Shown: piece after piece, positions 59,193 to 64,000 of the stretch
How positions within the stretch are numbered: position 1 is the stretch's first letter
How the letters are laid out: each line of letters opens with the position of its first letter
Sequence record: KT321315.1
From: Enterobacter phage phiEap-3
Direction: 5' to 3' (one strand)
Length of the DNA: 64,000 nucleotides
Notes under the pieces: model-generated
Told to the model about the DNA's origin: nothing
The model's database searches: none
Seen by the model: only the letters and a program-made list of their open reading frames with translations
Made by a program: the position numbers and the translations under genes

Positions 59193-59840
59193 ATGGCTGA
59201 GAGAAATCCCGTAGATAAACTAGCCTTATTTGATCGGGTAATCTCGTTTGTGATGGGTGTGAAAACATGGAAACAATTGCTGATAAAAATAATTCTAATA
59301 ATGGTTATGTTTCTTATGGTAGTAACTTGGTACAAATGGACTGATATATTCCCGATGATAAAAGGTGCCCTTGTAGTCGATACAAGGGCTATCGAAATGG
59401 AAAGAACAGAAAAGTTTAATCAATCCGCGTTGGAACAGTTGAGCATAGTTCATCTTACTTCCAACGCGGATTTTTCAGCGGTACTGGCATTCAGACCAAA
59501 GAATATAAACTATTTTGTTGACATTGTAGAATATCAGGGTAAATTACCATCCCAAATCGATCCTAAAAACCTCGGTGGTTATCCGATCGATAAAACATCC
59601 GAAGAATACACGAATCATATAAATGGCTTGTACTATTCATCAACTACAGCAAGTTCCTACCTACCGACACGCGATTTTGTGCCAGTAGCTTATACTTTTA
59701 GTTGCCCTTATTTCAATCTTGATAACTACTATTCTGGATCGGTTTTGATGGAATGGTATGCAAAGCGGCCTGATATACCAGATATGAAGCTAAACATCAT
59801 ATGTGGACAGGCCGCGCGCATTTTAGGTCGAGCGAGGTGA
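59193..59840 (+). CDS. t: Holin t
   Basis: 215 aa versus 218 aa in T4. The N-terminal transmembrane segment, 'LEQLSIVHLTSNADFSAV..FRPKN(I/L)NYFVDI' and the C-terminus 'ICGQAARILGRAR' are near-identical to T4 T. Confidence 0.9.
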   Translation: MAERNPVDKLALFDRVISFVMGVKTWKQLLIKIILIMVMFLMVVTWYKWTDIFPMIKGALVVDTRAIEMERTEKFNQSALEQLSIVHLTSNADFSAVLAFRPKNINYFVDIVEYQGKLPSQIDPKNLGGYPIDKTSEEYTNHINGLYYSSTTASSYLPTRDFVPVAYTFSCPYFNLDNYYSGSVLMEWYAKRPDIPDMKLNIICGQAARILGRAR

Positions 59841-60122
59841 TTAACGTAATGCTGGTGTTAAATTGTGTGATCTTCCAATAGCCCGTTTGATTGCTTTAAA
59901 GAAGTTCATCACCGGGCTATTTTTCTCGTAAATATCCCAAACTTTCAATTTGTCCCACGGATCCGGAACATAATCTTCATTCCTTGCCGAAACCCCCAAC
60001 GTAACCCGCCTGTATCCAGCGCTGTCGTGATAATACACGAAGAATGGCCTACCTATTGGCGCAACCTTACAACCTCTCTTAGCGGCTCTCATAGCCTCAT
60101 CGAACGTCATGGATTCCCCCAA
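59841..60122 (-). CDS. Hypothetical protein
   Basis: 93 aa. Abuts the t stop with zero spacer, convergent. Not AsiA-like. Confidence 0.4.
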   Translation of the reverse strand: MGESMTFDEAMRAAKRGCKVAPIGRPFFVYYHDSAGYRRVTLGVSARNEDYVPDPWDKLKVWDIYEKNSPVMNFFKAIKRAIGRSHNLTPALR

Positions 60123-60397
60123 AAATTTCTGTGTGTGAATGGTCGAATTCCGATAGTTTCACTCAAAATGAATACCGGATGATCTAGCTCATCGTGATTT
60201 TCTTCGTCAATGACGATATCCCAATCAGTAGCCTTTTGTTCTTCTACAGTGGCAATGAATACCTGGTTTACTTCACACTTGCGGTGTGTACGTCTGATGA
60301 TTGTATCCCCTTCACGAAACACAATCATATCAGGGTTGGTAGTACGGTACGCGGTTTTACCCGCGCACACTTCATTAAGCATATCTTCGTATGTCAT
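60107..60397 (-). CDS. Hypothetical protein
   Basis: 96 aa. Overlaps its neighbours. Confidence 0.4.
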   Translation of the reverse strand: MTYEDMLNEVCAGKTAYRTTNPDMIVFREGDTIIRRTHRKCEVNQVFIATVEEQKATDWDIVIDEENHDELDHPVFILSETIGIRPFTHRNFWGNP

Positions 60398-61194
60398 TAT
60401 AAAACCTTTACACGTTGAACGATGGTTTGTTTAACGCCTTTGTATTCTCCGTGCTCTTTAACGGTTGCTTTGAAAGTGATTTCGTCACCTTCGTTTGCAA
60501 TGTTATTACCGAAGTAAACAACAACATTACCATCAACATTAATTTTTGTCATAAATCTTTCTACAGAAGTGTAGTAAGAAACTTGAGTATATCCCAGTGA
60601 AATCACTTTCTCAACGGTTCCGGTCATTTCCAGACGCTGTTTGATTTCACCTATGTGGTTAGCTTTAGAAATGCGTTCCTGGCGCTCTTGTTCCCACTGT
60701 TCGCGGATTTCTTCGCGTTTGGCGATATAATCCTTCTCCAGTGCAACACCCATGCAGTAAGCGCATACAGCGTCGAATACAGGGCTGTTTTTATTGTCTT
60801 CTTTAGACTGGTCAGCCCACCAAAGAACAGTAAACATAGGCATTTCTGCAATTACTTCGCCTTTACGCTTGCCAATCGGCATGATCCCTTGCTCCAGCAG
60901 TTCCAGTTTTTCAGTATCAAACACTGACAGCTTACCGCGACGTTCGAACAGATCGAAATCTGCAAAGCCCTGGAATACCATTTTGAAAGTATCAGTTTCA
61001 GTTAAACGGGCTGAAACACGGTCGAAATACTCACGCGCTTTCGCTTCCGCTTTCTCCGGATCGGTAGATAAGTTGCAGATATAGTTATCAGAAGTATAAC
61101 CGCCACCTCTACGCTCAACACGCAAGGTATACATTGCATTTTTACGACCAGAAGAAATGAAGTAAGTGGTAGTAACTACGGTTGCGTTAGTCAT
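60397..61194 (-). CDS. Hypothetical protein (265 aa)
   Basis: Internal Met with an AAGGAGA ribosome-binding site. A TTGACT-18-TATATT promoter is embedded in the hairpin at 61229-61268. Confidence 0.5.
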   Translation of the reverse strand: MTNATVVTTTYFISSGRKNAMYTLRVERRGGGYTSDNYICNLSTDPEKAEAKAREYFDRVSARLTETDTFKMVFQGFADFDLFERRGKLSVFDTEKLELLEQGIMPIGKRKGEVIAEMPMFTVLWWADQSKEDNKNSPVFDAVCAYCMGVALEKDYIAKREEIREQWEQERQERISKANHIGEIKQRLEMTGTVEKVISLGYTQVSYYTSVERFMTKINVDGNVVVYFGNNIANEGDEITFKATVKEHGEYKGVKQTIVQRVKVL

Positions 61195-61228
61195 GGTATT
61201 TCTCCTTAAAGGGTATCTCGTTTCGATA

Positions 61229-61262
61229 TGGCTAATATAGCAAAAGCCCCTGACCGAAGTCA
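61229..61262 (-). promoter_or_regulatory. Promoter embedded in terminator hairpin (TTGACT-18-TATATT), minus strand
   Basis: The reverse complement reads AAAGCCCTTGACTTCGGTCAGGGGCTTTTGCTATATT. Upstream of gene 60397-61194. Confidence 0.4.
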
Positions 61263-61268
61263 AGGGCT
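61245..61268 (-). terminator. Hairpin terminator (minus strand), composite with promoter
   Basis: On the - strand: AGCCCTTGAC-TTCG-GTCAGGGGCT followed by TTTG. Confidence 0.5.
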
Positions 61269-61274
61269 TTTTAA

Positions 61275-61502
61275 TCATTCATTCGAATCTTTCATTGTTT
61301 TATGAAGATGAATATCAAAAATTTTCCAGTACGCCTTTCCGCGAGGATAAATTTTTGCGTTGTCAATATCGTTGTTGCTTCCCCATGTGTTGTTTGGGCC
61401 ACGACATCGATTTTTTATATAATCTGTATGCCAGAATAAGCGCTGAACCGATGATTCCGTACCTAATGGATCTTCTTTACTGAACAGAATTTGTATACTC
61501 AT
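61275..61502 (-). CDS. Hypothetical protein
   Basis: 75 aa. Followed by hairpin 61245-61268. Confidence 0.35.
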   Translation of the reverse strand: MSIQILFSKEDPLGTESSVQRLFWHTDYIKNRCRGPNNTWGSNNDIDNAKIYPRGKAYWKIFDIHLHKTMKDSNE

Positions 61503-61831
61503 AAGAAGAACCCAGTGCGAACAATCAGATCGATTTTCTTTTCTGGTTCAAACGGTGATTTGCTATCGATGTTACACTGATAGAACATACCAACATACTT
61601 TTCAGGAATGTTGGATTCACGCGCCCATTTCAGGTTGTCATCGGTATTCGGCCCCAGCATGAGGTTAACAACATCAACAGCATAATCCTGTTCTTTGGTG
61701 TTACCGGAACCGTTTACATAATGCCCGTGGGCGGTTTTGAGGATCTCAATTACTTCGCTATCGTCAGTTTCGACTTTGTAAAGCGTTGTATTTTCAGGAA
61801 TTTCTTCAAGAATGATCAAAGCGGTTTTCAT
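61499..61831 (-). CDS. Hypothetical protein (110 aa; track ORF extends to 61918)
   Basis: The internal Met carries an AAGGT ribosome-binding site. The upstream ATG at 61918 lacks a Shine-Dalgarno sequence. Confidence 0.4.
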   Translation of the reverse strand: MKTALIILEEIPENTTLYKVETDDSEVIEILKTAHGHYVNGSGNTKEQDYAVDVVNLMLGPNTDDNLKWARESNIPEKYVGMFYQCNIDSKSPFEPEKKIDLIVRTGFFL

Positions 61832-61943
61832 CACACTTACCTTTGTGTTTCTGTTTACGTTTTGCTTCTTTAAATGCTCGCTTGCGATCGCGGTGAGTAG
61901 AAGCGCGGTTGAAATCATGTTTCGCTACCAAATTATTCATATA

Positions 61944-61980
61944 AGCCCCTTAAAGAAAAATATTTAGGGGCTTTCGCCCC
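61944..61980 (-). terminator. Terminator after coiled-coil gene (minus strand)
   Basis: On the - strand: GGGGCGAAAGCCCC followed by TAAATATTTTT. An alternative longer stem AGCCCCT/AGGGGCT is possible. Confidence 0.55.
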
Positions 61981-61984
61981 TGTA

Positions 61985-62233
61985 TCAATCCAGCAGTTTG
62001 CGGATCTTGTCTGCGATACGTCCGGCGCGGGTTGCGCTTGCGGTATGATCGCTTTCTTTTGAAGCCAGTTCCGCCAGCTTACGCTGATGTTCTTCTTCTG
62101 CTGCTTGGCGATCTGCTGCAACCTGTGCAACCTGCTCATTATCGTGAGCAATACGCGCTTCCAGTTCAGACAGGGTTTTGTCGAAAGTTGCTACGATTTC
62201 ATCTACAGAACGAATTTTATTAAACAGTTTCAT
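61985..62233 (-). CDS. Small coiled-coil protein
   Basis: 82 aa. GAG ribosome-binding site. Followed on the - strand by a hairpin plus T-tract. Confidence 0.4.
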   Translation of the reverse strand: MKLFNKIRSVDEIVATFDKTLSELEARIAHDNEQVAQVAADRQAAEEEHQRKLAELASKESDHTASATRAGRIADKIRKLLD

Positions 62234-62269
62234 AATTTATCTCAATTGGTTAGTTTTAATCAGTATACA

Positions 62270-62707
62270 TCAATATGGTTGAAATTCAAAATCATAAATG
62301 TCATTCAGTGCGCGGTTCCACTCGGTGTAGTTTTCACCAGCACCATAACGCATTTGAATAGCACTTTCGAACGTTGATCCGTTAAGGTTCGGGAAACCGA
62401 ACAGGTTTTTGATTTTGTCATGTGCTACATAGTACAGAGAAGCACTTTCCAGCATCGCAACCATCGCAGACGGTTCGTGTTCGCGGCGCTTGATACGTAA
62501 CAGAGTACGACTAGCGCCAGTTTTACGGCGTTGATTTGGTGCTACGTAGAAACGGAATACTACGCGCCCTGTTTTATCATCAACTACCAGGTAAAACCCG
62601 TTTTCTTTCAGATCCACGCCTTCGAATTTCTTGAAGGTTCCGCGTTTCATGTCACCAATTTTAATTGCATATTTGTGAATGTCAAGTCTTGTCAGAATTC
62701 TTTTCAT
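62270..62707 (-). CDS. ndd: Ndd-like nucleoid disruption protein
   Basis: 145 aa versus ~151 aa in T4. 'GFYLVV..KTGR', 'FYVAPNQRRKTG...RIKRRE' and the C-terminus '..F.F.QPY' parallel T4 Ndd as recalled. Lies next to rIIB as in T4. Confidence 0.45.
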   Translation of the reverse strand: MKRILTRLDIHKYAIKIGDMKRGTFKKFEGVDLKENGFYLVVDDKTGRVVFRFYVAPNQRRKTGASRTLLRIKRREHEPSAMVAMLESASLYYVAHDKIKNLFGFPNLNGSTFESAIQMRYGAGENYTEWNRALNDIYDFEFQPY

Positions 62708-63056
62708 CTTTTTTCGATACCAGTTTGCCTAATTTTGTAATTTCGCCTGTTTTTACGTTAACAAACAAGGCGATGCTCAGAAACGGGATGCTAATAACTA
62801 CGCTGATCAATGTAAACAGAAAACGTATCACAAAAAGAACAGCACGTTCAAGATATCGTTGCATCCACGCGATTCCTAAACAAGTATACCCCACTATAAA
62901 GGTGGTTGCAACATAAAATGCACCAAATCCTTTACGAAATACGTAACCTTTTCCAGATTCGATCTGGTCATCGGCCCACATTTCACGGGCAGTTTTCAGA
63001 ATAGATTCACCACTCGCGCGGGTTTCGTTAGCCGAAGGCATGTTTTTAAATTTCAT
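62682..63056 (-). CDS. Small membrane protein (2 transmembrane helices) in denB position
   Basis: 124 aa. Hydrophobic segments 'FGAFYVATTFIVGYTCLGIAW' and 'VLFVIRFLFTLISVVISIPFLSIALFV'. Confidence 0.4.
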   Translation of the reverse strand: MKFKNMPSANETRASGESILKTAREMWADDQIESGKGYVFRKGFGAFYVATTFIVGYTCLGIAWMQRYLERAVLFVIRFLFTLISVVISIPFLSIALFVNVKTGEITKLGKLVSKKDEKNSDKT

Positions 63057-63101
63057 GATAGTCTCCTATGCGCCCAGAACTCTCCAGGCGCGGTTGTTTA
63101 G

Positions 63102-64000
63102 TTAGTAATGGCTAAAACCATAGGTAACATCAATCATGACTTTATAACGGCATACACGCATTTTTGCGTTATTGTAATCCACTGGGATCGCTACTACGTC
63201 AGCAGGATCCACCTTTACCTGAATGACTCTACCAATACCGCCCCCGTAATGTGGAAGGTATGATTTAGCCGCAACGTGTAGGCCAGTAGAACAGGTGCGC
63301 GTTTTATCTTCGTCTACCATGTTTCGAGGCATGGATACAGTCACACCAGGACTATTATCAAATTTGCCAGTCGCGAGATCTTTATAGTTATCGCGTACAC
63401 GTTTCCAGGCAAGAAAACAACCATCATCGGTCAGTTCAATGTCATTATGTACAAGGAACCCGTAAAGCTGGTATACCGCATCGCGTGAAGGGTTTCGCAT
63501 CAACCGTTCAAAGAAGTTTACCAGGTGTTCATACGGACGATCGTTATACATTTCGCGAATGATTCGTTGAGTGATATCAGAATCAAACACTACATCTTTA
63601 TATAGAAGCTGATGACCAATGATTTTAATGTTGCCTTTGCTATAGGTTCGGATCGCTTCCTGAGTATCCAAACAACGCACCGCGCCTTTAACATCACCAG
63701 CTTTCAACATTTCATGCGCTTTCTTAAAGTTCGGATGTGTTTCACCCGCCATGAAAACGCGCCCTTCGTATACAACCGTAATGAACGATTCAGAACCGAT
63801 CATACGCGGTACAGTGTCTGATACTTTAGGCTTTTGTTTTACGTCCCTTTTCTTCGGGAACTCCGCTAACTTGCGGTTGATAACGCGCCCAATGGTTCGG
63901 GCGCTTACGTTGAACTGTTGGGCCAGTGCTGTTTTACTTGCCCCCGTCAACCATCCATTATAGATAGCTTTCTGTTGTACTTCGTCAAGAATTTTGACCA
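63102..64000 (-). CDS. rIIB: rIIB (lysis-inhibition / Rex-exclusion protein), N-terminus outside window
   Basis: 'NPSRDAVYQLYGFLVHNDIELTDDGCFLAWKRVRDNY', 'TCSTGLHV' and 'DYNNAKMRVCRYKV' are collinear with the T4 rIIB C-terminal half. The frame is open to the window edge. Confidence 0.85.
   Translation of the reverse strand, partial: VKILDEVQQKAIYNGWLTGASKTALAQQFNVSARTIGRVINRKLAEFPKKRDVKQKPKVSDTVPRMIGSESFITVVYEGRVFMAGETHPNFKKAHEMLKAGDVKGAVRCLDTQEAIRTYSKGNIKIIGHQLLYKDVVFDSDITQRIIREMYNDRPYEHLVNFFERLMRNPSRDAVYQLYGFLVHNDIELTDDGCFLAWKRVRDNYKDLATGKFDNSPGVTVSMPRNMVDEDKTRTCSTGLHVAAKSYLPHYGGGIGRVIQVKVDPADVVAIPVDYNNAKMRVCRYKVMIDVTYGFSHY

Overview
This window is a T4-like (Tevenvirinae-type) myovirus genome segment, about 42% GC. 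It is densely packed, with frequent ATGA/TAATG start-stop overlaps, GGGGC-TTCG-GCCCC type hairpin terminators and T4 late promoters (TATAAATA). (1) Bases 1-24142 are a collinear T4 late morphogenesis block on the + strand: gp7 (5' truncated)-8-9-10-11-12-wac-13-14-15-16-17-18-19-20-67-68-21-22-23-24. (2) uvsY lies on the + strand, convergent with uvsW.1/uvsW on the - strand. The two are separated by an unusual ~340-nt non-coding unit placed between a late promoter and a bidirectional terminator. (3) Bases ~27.3-48.7 kb are an accessory, hyperplastic region. It holds hoc plus a stand-alone paralogue of the Hoc capsid-binding domain, three HAD-family phosphatases (two convergent NT5C-like paralogues), a P-loop kinase-like gene and an Arr-like putative ADP-ribosyltransferase. 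It also holds rnlB, a DprA/SLOG-like gene, nadV (nicotinamide phosphoribosyltransferase), dam, nrdC, endonuclease VII (gene 49), an intron-less nrdD, nrdG, a second glutaredoxin and many small unknown ORFs. (4) Bases 48.7-59.8 kb carry the long tail fibre genes 34-35-36-37, an unknown ORF in the gp38 position and the holin t. gp37 ends in a self-cleaving S74-type intramolecular chaperone domain. (5) Bases 59.8-64.0 kb are a minus-strand early block ending in an Ndd-like gene and rIIB, which is truncated at the window edge. No tRNA, rRNA, CRISPR array, integrase or transposase was seen. Coordinates of short motifs may be off by 1-2 nt. CDS coordinates follow the supplied ORF track, with internal start codons chosen by codon counting.
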